Assembly (NCBI GenBank): GCA_965655095.1
Contig: OZ296655.1
Span: 39,494,001-39,558,000, forward strand
Origin: Haplodiscus bocki
Lineage: Eukaryota
Reading direction: 5' to 3'
Length of the DNA stretch: 64,000 nucleotides
Part shown: one piece after another, positions 1 through 11,789 of the stretch
How positions within the stretch are numbered: position 1 is the stretch's first letter
How the letters are laid out: every line of letters begins with the position of its first letter
Notes under the pieces: model-generated
What the model saw: the letters and a program-made list of their open reading frames with translations, nothing else
Told to the model about the DNA's origin: nothing
Databases searched by the model: none
Translations under genes and position numbers: made by a program

Positions 1-3000
1 AAAAATTGCACATTTTACAAAGCTCAAATTCCTTCTAAGAACAAAGCATTAAAAAATCAAGTGTTTTAAAACAAAGCAGAGATAAGAATATTTGTTTTTG
101 TTAAACTGAAAGAAAAGGTTGTTTACGTTTAATAAAGGGGTAATTACGCTTGTTGATTTCTGTTATGAAAATCATGTTTTGTTAGTTAAATCAAAAGGTT
201 AATTTAGGTTACTTGATTCATTGTCTGAATTCAACAGAGCTCAAAAGAGTGAACTGGAGTATTGGATTCCCCTTGAACTTACTCCAAATTGTACGGCCTA
301 GCTGTTATATTGCTTGCATTTGTTAGAAAATGATGACCAAAAACGTAATTGTCTACACCTCCAGTAAGTGAACGTTGAGGTCCTATATTGGAACACTGCT
401 CATTTATTGTTGTAAGCAATTCTTTTTAAAAAAAGGGCATAAAAAATGCATGTGCTTTAACAAAGCGTTGATAAGAAATTTTGAATTCCGATAAACTGAA
501 AAGAAGGGTATTTCCGTTTATGAAAGTTGTGAATAATTTTGTTACGAAAACCTCGTTTGAATATTTGAAGATTGATGTTAATTGAAGGTACTTGATTCAT
601 TCTTTCGATTCAATCGGAGAGAAAAAATTGAACTAGATATTGGAATAATTTTTATTCTAGTTGAATTTGTACGGCTTAGCCCTTATTTTGTTCCCTTTTG
701 CGGAAAATTGCGCCCCGGAAAGGTAATTGTCTGAAAGACCATTAGGTCAATGTTGACATCCTGTTCGAAAAAAAGCAAACTTTTGAATACTCAAATTGCG
801 ACTCAAAGAAAGGCAAAAAAACTGGAATGTGTTCTATTAAATCAGTGAAAAGAAGTTTTGACTATGCTAAACTGAAGAAAACGAGTGATTACGTTTTATT
901 AAACGTCATTTACGTTTAATTAAACTCGTTGTTAAAATCAAGTTTCGCTAATTAAAGTTATTGTTCTTTGAGGTATCTTGATCCATTGTCTGGAGTCAAA
1001 GATTTGAAAATAAAGAACTCGAATGCATGAAAATTTTTGCATTCACTTCAATTTGTGCTGCCTACCCGTTAAACTGCTCTTTTTGTGAAATCTTGAACCC
1101 CGCAAAGGTAATTGTCTACAGGTCCTTTAGTTCAACATTGAGGTCTTATAAAGAAAATTTGCACACTTTACAAGGCTCAAATTCCTGCTAAAAACAATGC
1201 AAAATAAAAAGAAAGTGATTTAAAACAAAGCAGAGATAAAAAGATTTGATTTTGTTAAACTGAAAGAAAAGGTTGTTTACATTTAATAAAACGGTAATTA
1301 CGCTTGTTGATTTTTGTTATGAAAATTACGTTTTGTTAGTTAAATCAAAAGGTTAATTTAGGTTACTTGATTTTTTGTCTGAATTCAATAGAGCTCAAAA
1401 AAGTGAGCTGCAGTATCGGATTCCCCTTTAATGTACTCCAAATTGTACGGCCTAGCTGTTATATTGTTTGCACTTGTTAGAAAATGATCACCAAAAATGT
1501 AATTAACTACACCTCCAGTAAGTGAACATTGAGCTCCTATATTGGAACACTGCTCACTTAAAAATGTTAACAAAATTTTTTCTGAAAAAAAGGCATAAGG
1601 AATGCATGCGTTTTAACAGATATTGATAAAAAATTTCAATTCCGATGAACTGAAAAGAAGGGTAGTTCTGTGTATGAAAGTGGTGAAAAATTTTTTTACG
1701 AAAACCTCGTTTGAATAATTGAATATTGATGTTAATTGAAGGCACTTGATTCCATGCTTCAATTCAACCGTAGAGAAAAAAATGAACTAGACTTTGAATA
1801 ATTTTAATTTTAGTTCAATTTGTACGGCCTAATCGTTATTATAATCCCTTCTGCGGAAAAATGCGCCCGGAAAAGTAATTGTCTGAAAGACCATTAGGTC
1901 AATGTTGACATCCTATTGGAAAAATTGCAAACTTTTGAAAACTCAAATTGCGACTGAAAGAAGGACAAAAAACTGAAATGTGTTCTATTAAAGCAGTGAG
2001 AATTATTGACTATGCTAAACTGAAGGAAACGAAGGGTTACGTTTTTTTAAACGTTTTTTACGTTTAATTGAACTCGTTGTTAAAATCACGTTTCGTTAAT
2101 TAGAGCTAATGTTCTTTAAGGTATCTTGATCCATTGTCTGGAGTCAATGATTAGAAAATAGAGAAATAGATTTCATGAATAATTTCCATTCACTTCTCAA
2201 TGTGCTGCCTAGCCGTTAAACTGCTCCTTTTTGTGAAATCTTGAACCCCGCAAATGTAATTCTCTACAGTTCCTTTAGTTCATCATTGAGGTCCTATAAA
2301 GAAAAATTGCACATTTTACAAAGCTCAAATTCCTTCTAAGAACAAAGCAGTAAAAAATCAATTGTTTTAAAACAAAGCAGAGATAAGAATATTTGTTTTT
2401 GTTAAACTGAAAGAAAAGGTTGTTTACGTTTAATAAAGGGGTAATTACGCTTGTTGATTTCTGTTATGAAAATCATGTTTTGTTAGTTAAATCAAAAGGT
2501 TAATTTAGGTTACTTGATTCATTGTCTGAATTCAACAGAGCTCAAAAGAGTGAACTGGAGTATTGGATTCCCCTTGAACTTACTCCAAATTGTACGGCCT
2601 AGCTGTTATATTGCTTGCATTTGTTAGAAAATGATGACCAAAAACGTAATTGTCTACACCTCCAGTAAGTGAACGTTGAGGTCCTATATTGGAACACTGC
2701 TCATTTATTGTTGTAAGCAATTCTTTTTAAAAAAAGGGCATAAAAAAATGCATGTGCTTTAACAAAGCGTTGATAAGAAATTTTGAATTCCGATAAACTG
2801 AAAAGAAGGGTATTTCCGTTTATGAAAGTTGTGAATAATTTTGTTACGAAAACCTCGTTTGAATATTTGAAGATTGATGTTAATTGAAGGTACTTGATTC
2901 ATTCTTTCGATTCAATCGGAGAGAAAAAATTGAACTAGATTTTGGAATAATTTTTATTCTAGTTGAATTTGTACGGCTTAGCCCTTATTTTGTTCCCTTT

Positions 3001-5950
3001 TGCGGAAAATTGCGCCCCGGAAATGTAATTGTCTGAAAGACCATTAGGTCAATGTTGACATCCTATTTGAAAAAAAACAAACTTCTGAAAACTCAAATTG
3101 CGACTGAAAGAAGGGCACAAAAAACTGAAGTGTGTTTTATTAAAGCAGTGAAAAAAAGTAATGACTGTGCTAAACTGAAGGAAACGAGTGATTACGTTTT
3201 ATTAAAAGTTTTTTACGTTTAATTATACTCGTTGTTAAAATCACGTTTCGTTAAAAAAAGCTAAATGTTCTTCGACGTATCTTGATCCAGTGTCTGGAGT
3301 CAATGATTTGAAAAAAAATGAGCTCGAATTCATGAATTTTTTCCATTCATTTCAATTTTGCTGCCTAGCCGTTAAACTGCTCCTTTTTGTGGAATCTTGA
3401 ACCACGCAAATATAATTGTCTACAGGTCCTTTAGTGCAACTTTTAGTTCAGCTTTCAACCCGCAAATGTAAATGTATACAGGTCCATCAGGTTAACATTG
3501 AGGTCCTGGATGAAGAAAATTTACACTCTAAAAGACTCAACTTGCTGCTGGAAGAAGGGCATAGAAAAAAAAAGCAAGTGTAATAAAAAAGCAGAGAGAA
3601 GAAGATTTGATTTTGTTAAACTGAAAAAAAGGGTAGTTCTGTGTATGAAAGTGGTGAAAAATTTTTTTACGAAAACCTCGTTTGAATAATTGAATATTGA
3701 TGTTAATTGAAGGCACTTGATTCCATGCTTCAATTCAACCGTAGAGAAAAAATGAACTAGACTTTTGAATAATTTTAATTTTAGTTCAATTTGTACGGCC
3801 TAATCGTTATTATAATCCCTTCTGCGGAAAAATGCGCCCGGAAAAGTAATTGTCTGAAAAACCATTAGGTCAATGTTGACATCCTATTGGAAAAATTGCA
3901 AACTTTTGAAAACTCAAATTGCGACTCAAAGAAGGGCAAAAAACTGAAATGTGTTCTATTAAAGCAGTGAGAAGTATTGACTATGCTAAACTGAAGGAAA
4001 CGAAGGGTTACGTTTTTTTAAACGTTTTTTACGTTTAATTGAACTCGTTGTTAAAATCACGTTTCGTTAATTAGAGCTAATGTTCTTTAAGGTATCTTGA
4101 TCCATTGTCTGGAGTCAATGATTAGAAAATAGAGAAATAGATTTCATGAATAATTTCCATTCACTTCTCAATGTGCTGCCTAGCCGTTAAACTGCTCCCT
4201 CTTGTGAAATCTTGAACCCCGCAAATGTAATTCTCTACAGTTCCTTTAGTTCATCATTGAGGTCCTATAAAGAAAAATTGCACATTTTACAAAGCTCAAA
4301 TTCCTTCTAAAAACAAAGCATTAAAAAATCAAGTGTTTTAAAACAAAGCAGAGATAAGAATATTTGTTTTTGTTAAACTGAAAGAAAAGGTTGTTTACGT
4401 TTAATAAAGGGGTAATTACGCTTGTTGATTTCTGTTATGAAAATCATGTTTTGTTAGTTAAATCAAAAGGTTAATTTAGGTTACTTGATTCATTGTCTGA
4501 ATTCAACAGAGCTCAAAAGAGTGAACTGGAGTATTGGATTCCCCTTGAACTTACTCCAAATTGTACGGCCTAGCTGTTATATTGCTTGCATTTGTTAGAA
4601 AATGATGACCAAAAACGTAATTGTCTACACCTCCAGTAAGTGAACGTTGAGGTCCTATATTGGAACACTGCTCATTTATTGTTGTAAGCAATTCTTTTTA
4701 AAAAAAGGGCATAAAAAATGCATGTGCTTTAACAAAGCGTTGATAAGAAATTTTGAATTCCGATAAACTGAAAAGAAGGGTATTTCCGTTTATGAAAGTT
4801 GTGAATAATTTTGTTACGAAAACCTCGTTTGAATATTTGAAGATTGATGTTAATTGAAGGTACTTGATTCATTCTTTCGATTCAATCGGAGAGAAAAAAT
4901 TGAACTAGATTTTGGAATAATTTTTATTCTAGTTGAATTTGTACGGCTTAGCCCTTATTTTGTTCCCTTTTGCGGAAAATTGCGCCCCGGAAATGTAATT
5001 GTCTGAAAGACCATTAGGTCAATGTTGACATCCTATTTGAAAAAAACAAACTTCTGAAAACTCAAATTGCGACTGAAAGAAGGGCACAAAAAACTGAAGT
5101 GTGTTTTATTAAAGCAGTGAAAAAAAGTAATGACTGTGCTAAACTGAAGGAAACGAGTGATTACGTTTTATTAAAAGTTTTTTACGTTTAATTATACTCG
5201 TTGTTAAAATCACGTTTCGTTAAAAAAAGCTAAATGTTCTTCGACGTATCTTGATCCAGTGTCTGGAGTCAATGATTTGAAAAAAAAGAGCTCGAATTCA
5301 TGAATTTTTTCCATTCATTTCAATTTTGCTGCCTAGCCGTTAAACTGCTCCTTTTTGTGGAATCTTGAACAACGCAAATATAATTGTCTACAGGTCCTTT
5401 AGTGCAACTTTTAGTTCAGCTTTCAACCCGCAAATGTAAATGTATACAGGTCCATCAGGTTAACATTGAGGTCCTAAATGAAGAAAATTTACACTCTAAA
5501 AGACTCAACTTGCTGCTGGAAGAAGGGCATAGAAAAAAAGCAAGTGTAATAAAAAAGCAGAGAGAAGAAGATTTGATTTTGTTAAACTGAAAAAAAGGGT
5601 TGTTTACCTTAAATGAAGGGGTATTTGCGTTTAATGAATTTTCTTATGAAAATCTTGTTTTTTTAAAAGCACCATGTTATTTAGGATACTTGATTCTTTG
5701 TTTGATTTCAATGGGACTGAATAAAAATGAACTGGAGCTTTGGATTCCTTCTGAATTTACTTCAAACTTTACGGCCTAGCAAATATAATGCTCCCATTCC
5801 TTAAATAATGATCACCAAAAATGTAATTGTCCACAGGTCCAGTAGGTTAACGTTGAGGTCCCATATAGAAACACTGCACATTTATTGTTGTAAATATTAT
5901 TGGACTAGGGCCATAGAAGAAAGTGCATGTGTTTTATCAGAGCAAGGATA
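1..5950. repeat. Tandem satellite array, ~375-390 bp diverged monomers with higher-order structure
   Basis: The motif GTAATTGTCT(A/G) recurs at ~346, 723, 1108, 1499, 1876, 2256, 2646, 3025, 3412 etc. The block starting at position 1 recurs near-identically at 2302 and 4273, and ~1660-3630 is near-identical to ~3631-5600. The array runs off the left edge. Confidence 0.95.
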
Positions 5951-5959
5951 GGAATTTTT

Positions 5960-7773
5960 TTCTTTCGTTAAAGTGATAAAGAAATCCACAGTTGATGAGT
6001 TGGAATTGAGATCCGTGGCGGAAAATGACTGGAGTTTGGTACGCGTGGATGTGGCAAAAAGTACTGCGGAAAAGTTTTTTTTGGATGATTTTTTCGTAGT
6101 TGTTGAAACAGGGTAACCAAAAGTTTCATCGGAAATGTGAATTGTGGCTAAAACCAATCGGTATTAAAGGCACAAAGACACTGTCTTCTGGTTTCATGAA
6201 CTTCGAAAACTGTTCAAGTTATGGCGGTTGTCAAAGAAAGCAACGTAACGACAGATAACTCGAGACAATTGTTGAAGTTGCAAATTGTGCCGAAGACAGG
6301 GAAGCCATTTTGCGTGGTTTGGTAAGAGGTAGGGGCTGAAAGCGGTTTAACAGAGAAAACTCGTGCATGGGGTGACGTATGCGCAAATAACTGAAAAGAC
6401 AATAGAAGAGAAAGGGGCCACTAAGGCAAAATTACGGGAAATTTTTGACAAAAGTTGATTTCTGAGCTACTCCTCAGGTGACATCCCTAAAATTTAGGGG
6501 CCCTTTTAACGGGTCGTGCCAGGTCTCGCATAAAGCGGAACACACAGCGCGAAACTGGAGAAAGTAAGCTCGGATTTTGTCGATCAATAGCATCTTCTGA
6601 AACTAGGTTCCGACGTAGTTCCGCGAAAATGATTTTAACTGGCGGGTGCTGAAAATCACTGACAAGAAAAATATTGGGCGAGGGTCTTGGCCTAATGCTA
6701 AGAAAACATGAACTAGTTAAATTTCACTTTTAAATTTGAACTTGATCATTTTTAAACCACCATGCATTTGAAGCATCTCACTCCTGTCACCATTTTGAAA
6801 CAGTCATATGCATGAAAAGAGTTCTCTAGAAATTAGTTTTGGACGCATTGGACAACTGTTATTGTAAAGGGTACTCAGTAATTTCTCAAAGTACTATGTG
6901 AGTGATTATGCTTTTGGTGGTTGCTAGCGAGATATTTCAAGTGATGAGAAATGATTTTTGTTTTTTAAAAGAAAAAATTGAAGTACAATAAAAGAAAAAA
7001 CAAAATTTTTGTACTGTTGTAAAGACGCGTTACAAACATACATTTAGGTTTTTACTGACGGGGAAAGACGATTGTTTTTCGTCTCTGCAAAAAAAGGGCA
7101 ACGGTTTGCGGTCGAGTTTGTTGGATTGTTGTTGTTTGTTGATTGAACCCTCTGTTAGCTGGGTTGTCGTTGCCCCTTGAGTGTTGGTTTTCGTTGTTCG
7201 CAGTCTCGAGTGAAGTTTTTGATATTAGTAATGTTCTCAGGGCTATTCAAGATTTGCAAATCGGGTCACCACAGAAATATATAGTCAAAAAAACTTGGGC
7301 CTGTAGGGTCAAAGATCTGCACCAGGTTATAGGAAGCAAAAGAAGAATTGACCAGGCAACGTTAAATGTAGTGGGCGGAGAAAATAGTGGACAAAAAGCG
7401 GTCCCGAAATTTTTTCAAGTTGAAATGGTTCAATTGTTGAGTATATGAATGAATTGCACTCTAAAGTGTTCAAAGTGCTGTTGAAAGGAAGGCATAGAAA
7501 AAAAACCACGCAGTTTTAGAACCATGCAGTTTTAACAAAGCAGTGATAGGAATTATTGATTTTTTTAAACTGAAAGAAAGGGGTATTTATGTTTTTTAAA
7601 CGGGTATTTGCTTTTAGTGAATTTTGATATGGATGCAAGTTGTGTTATATAAAGTCGAAGCTTCTTGGGGGTACTTGATTCACTGTCTGAAATGAATGGG
7701 ACTGAAAGCAAGGGGACTGGAATTTTGTTTCATATTTAGTTTAGTTCAATTTGTACGGTCTAGCTGTTATACA
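5960..7773 (-). mobile_element. Partial LTR retrotransposon (5' LTR plus leader/ORF0) of a family related to element A
   Basis: Colinear similarity to ~19740-21339 (e.g. 6361 TCGTGCATGGGGTGACGTATGCGC vs 20090 TCGGGCATGGGGTGATGTATGCGC; 6850 GGACAACTGTTATTG vs 20555). Begins TGTATAACA on the minus strand at 7773. Possible PBS TGGCACGACCCG at 6521-6510. Confidence 0.75.
6214..6402 (-). pseudogene. ORF0 remnant (leader ORF upstream of gag), copy 2
   Basis: AHTSPHARVFS-x2-PLSAP-x2-Y-x-T-x-QN-x-FP is shared with 19862-20131, with many third-position synonymous differences. Confidence 0.6.
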
Positions 7774-9548
7774 TGATAACCCAAAAAAGCAAGTACAGGT
7801 AATTAATTTCTCCAACTTGTCCCAAGTTTGTCATAGAATATGTCTACTATAGCAGTAGTTCTCCAAAAATTGTTTTTTTTGCTAAAGTTTTTTTTGGTAG
7901 AATAGAGATGTCATTTTTTAAGTTTGTTATTTTGACACTTTGACAAAGTTTTCAATGTTTCCCTATAACGGATGGCGAAAATTATCCCAGAGTTTGCGGG
8001 GCTTTTGTATGACCTTCCTCTGAAAACATATGAACTTCTCTGTGAAGTATGTTCGCGAAGTCCAATCCCCTAGATGGATTCCACCTTCGGCTTATCATTT
8101 ACTTGTTGCTGATACAAAAGTAAGATATTTTTTTTCGTCTTTTTTGTTCGGAGGGAAATACGATAAACGTAGCATATTACTCAGCTGGAATATTATTTGA
8201 AAAAGTGAAAGTTTTGAAAAAAATTCATTGTAATTTCAAATACTTCAAACAAATTTCAATGTTTTCTGCTGCTGCTCATGTCACAACAACTCCTTTTCCA
8301 GATGCGTCGATGAAACGGTTCAAATTCTGAGAAGAGCTATGAGATCCGAATGTACCAGCTAAGACTAATATAACGAGACTTACAAAACCTTTAGTTAAGT
8401 AAATATGTAGTTTGGTACGAATTTTTATCTTACCGGAAAATATTTTTTTTGGATTTCTTGGTCATCTTACGTACGTAACCTGTCCACTTGAACCCTTTGG
8501 AAATGCATTCTTCAACTGTTATGTTACCACCAATTACCGCCAAATTGATGAGTTTCTTAACCCCTGAAACCCACTCAGTCAAAGCTAATAGTGCACAATT
8601 TGTGAAATTCAAGCAAAAAGCTGAAAATTGTTCTCGTAGATTACATTTGTAGGAGCTGATATCTGTCGTAACAATTCCATTGAGCGCGAAATATTTCTAA
8701 GTTCCCTAACTTCCGAAAATGAATTCCCCAAGATACTTCCTAACGGACCGCACGTGATCTCAACTCAATCCTCCCAAAGATGGTATCCTACGAAGGACTT
8801 GCACGACAATCTTCAAATTTGACACATATATACTGCAGAACTAGAACTGACGATTTATTGATACACCGAGGCTCTAAGATGTCTTGGCGCCAAGCAACTA
8901 TCACTTGGCGCTAAACTGCTATTAGAGACCAGAAACAACGCATCGTACAGATGCCGGGAACTCAATCTTTGGGACTGTTTGGCACCTAGGGGTACTTTTT
9001 TTAGAAGGCCTGCAAGTGAAAAATCTTGTATGACGTTTTCAGCTTAGGTCATTTGTAGCGTCGAGTTTGAAAGAGAACAGGATTGACCTTGATCATGCAA
9101 ATATCAAGGACGACCAAAAGTGCCATTTAAATTCCACGGTAAGTTGCTCTATAGAAAGTAAATAGTTGCATGCATGAAAAGAAACTCAGACCTAGACCAA
9201 AGCGAAATTATAGTTCAGAAGGATTAAAATTGAAGCGAGTGAGTTGCTTTTGTGAAGCCTATTTCACAGTTTCTCGGACGAATCGTTGTAGCTTGAGGAG
9301 TTGATTCGAGATTTGTGTTTCATACAAAAAACTGCCGATCCACCTGCGTTGTTATTATGTTATTACTGGAGGTTCACCATACCGGAAAGCATCTAATTGG
9401 TTTAACTTATTCGATCAATTAATCAGAGTTTGGACTTATTACAGATTTTTCCATCAAATGAGTGGAGCCGAAATTGCATGAAGTGGACAGAATTAGAGCA
9501 GATTATCAACTTGCTACTCAACATGCCTATCAACTAAGAACCTTAGTT

Positions 9549-10383
9549 CTGTAACAGTCGTATGCTTTTAGAACAGATCACTAGAAAAGAATTTTGGATG
9601 CGGAGGACGCCTGTTATTGGAAAGGGTACTCAGCAATTTCTAAAATTACTAATTAAGTGTTTTTAGTTTGGTGGTTAATAGCGGGATATCTCAAGTGAAT
9701 GAAAAATGGTTTTGGCTTTTTAGGGAAAAAATAAAATACAAAAAGAGAAACGGGAAGAAAACAAAAACTTTTAGAGTGAAAATTTTGGGATACAAAACTT
9801 ACATAGCTTCCGAGCTCTTTTTGGTGACGGTTGAAGGGTCTTCTTGTTGAGTTGCGGAGGCGAGATTGTTTTCTTCGGAAACTGGTTTTCTAGTTGAGTT
9901 GCTTTTGCGATTGTTAGATTGGAAATTTTTTTAGAAAATCTTTGTAAAAATGTCGAGAGTCTAATGACTGTCAGGGAAAACGTCGGGTCAGTTTTGACTT
10001 CAGTAACAATTTTAATTTCAAGTTACACAGCAGAGAAAATTTTACGACTGCATATAAATGTTGCATACGGTAGACAAAAGGGTTTCAGAAATGGTAAGTG
10101 TGTGTAAAATGCACACTAAAATGTTATAGAGAAAAGTTATTGTTCGTAGGCAGAGAGAGTGCAAAGAGTATTGTATGTATTAAACAGCAGTGATAACAGG
10201 ATTATGTGTTTTGTGAAAGTAGGCTGTGTTTACTAAGAGCACTCGAGGGTTTCTCGAGGGTACTTGACTTACTGGCTTTAAATTTGGTTCAAGTTACTGA
10301 AAGAAAAAATAGTTCAAGTTGTAAAAGAAAAATTGAGCAAAAATTAGGAAGGAAAAATTAAGCTTCAAGTTTTTAGTGTTACA
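9549..10383 (-). repeat. Element A 3' LTR (distal end truncated)
   Basis: Aligns to ~20500-21339 (about 85-90% by eye). Starts TGTAACAC at 10383 on the minus strand, directly after the PPT. Confidence 0.9.
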
Positions 10384-10396
10384 TTGCTCTCTTTTT
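10384..10396 (-). other. Polypurine tract of element A
   Basis: Minus-strand AAAAAGAGAGCAA lies immediately 5' of the 3' LTR TG. Confidence 0.75.
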
Positions 10397-10629
10397 AGAA
10401 GATTTGCGATCCGCAAAAATATTGACATTACAGATCCATTAAGTCATTAAGTTGTTGGAGGAATGGGTCGCATCGTGAGCATGTACGGAGACCATTGTTG
10501 TTTCGTGTGACACCGGGCAGACCACAGCGGCTATAGATGGGTCGTGGATTCTTGTTAAGTAGAATACTTTTCGCAAGGGCTACCAATGGCACGTGTTGAC
10601 TAGTTGTCGATGGTACAGAAAGGTTTTTA

Positions 10630-11352
10630 TCAGGGTGGAGCTCCTGTAATAGACAGCAGAAATCCTTTTCTGCAGGATTTCTTGGGACGAACTAGGGGCA
10701 CAACCAAGCTTGCGGAAGAAGAGATGATGAGGAGCGGTATTAGCATGTTGTTAGCGGCAGCTGCTGGGTGTGACCAAAAGCATCCGTTGAAGAACTGGGA
10801 GGTGACTATGGACAGAGGTGACGGCTGTGAGGCTAAAACATTTTCAGTGAGTCCGAAGGTACACTTCAAAAGAGATTCATTCTCAGAAGTCAGGGTAGCA
10901 ATTTGTTGTGTTAAGTCATTGCTTTGTTTCTCAAAGTAATCACTTTTTAGAATTTCCTCGAAAAGTTAATGAAAGGCTGCATGGGCGGCTGTTTTCGTTT
11001 CCTCGAACCGCTCTTGGATTTTAGTCACTGAATCGAATTCCGGGTGCTTGTAGGTGACATACAGTGGAATTTTGCAAGGGCAGTTGTCAGTTGTTTCGTC
11101 AACAAAAATTTCGGCGTCCCCAGTAGGTGTTGGGAGTAAACAGAAGGCTGCGGAGTATCTCATGAAACTACGTTGGTTGGCGTTAGCATCTATTCTTCGG
11201 AAAACCACAACGCCAGAATGGATAAAACTTCGTAACTTGCGATATTCCCATTCATCAAGGACATGAATTACATCACCAGGAGTGGTGATAGAATTCTTGC
11301 CACTGCAAGTGTACTTGGTGAAACCAGTTGGGCGCATTGAGGGAAACCTCAC
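10630..11352 (-). pseudogene. Orphan accessory ORF after env (~240 codons, central coiled coil)
   Basis: ORFs 10966-11352 and 10630-10869 are in one frame separated by a single stop. The intervening frame reads LFEEILKSDYFEKQSNDLTQQIATLTSENESLLK (heptad-like). Confidence 0.55.
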
Positions 11353-11789
11353 ACAAAAATATGATCAGAACATTTTAAAATCAAACGAGGAAAAAGAAAA
11401 AGGGGAAGAAACGGGACCCGGGTTGTTTACGTTTTTTTGTGCGTGTATATTCATTCACAGTGCGTGTTTATGGACACGTATACTATCAAAGCTGAAATCA
11501 TTGGACAACGGAGACATGGTCTCACGTTTTTTGTTTTTCTTTCGTTTTGAAGGGTCAGAGCAAAGTCTGAGCAAAAGTTGGGCACGGACACGTGCACGAC
11601 GGGCCAACAAAAGCTGGGAAGGTATGGAAACGTGCATTAGAGCAGGCACGGAAAAATGCAAGAGAAGACCAACATCTGAATCTAGGTAAGCTAATTACGG
11701 AACCGTACCGAAGGGGGCACGAAAATGCAAGGCAGTCTTCAAATGTATTTTACGGATGAATTAGAAACAAAAAATATTCAAGAATTTAG

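Noticed and set aside
1-5950. CRISPR-like array, or coding ORFs in the repeat
   Set aside because: Whole ~380 bp units repeat with no unique spacers, and the short ORFs are not conserved between monomers.
6510-6521. PBS assignment to a specific tRNA for the partial element
   Set aside because: The TGG start is suggestive, but I cannot match it confidently to a tRNA 3' end, and the equivalent site is deleted in element A.
7774-9548. Possible insertion truncating element A's 3' LTR
   Set aside because: I could not identify termini, a TSD or a protein motif, so it is left unassigned.
9668-10107. Plus-strand ORFs repeated at 20618-21063
   Set aside because: The similarity is explained by LTR duplication; there are non-ATG starts and no codon-level evidence.
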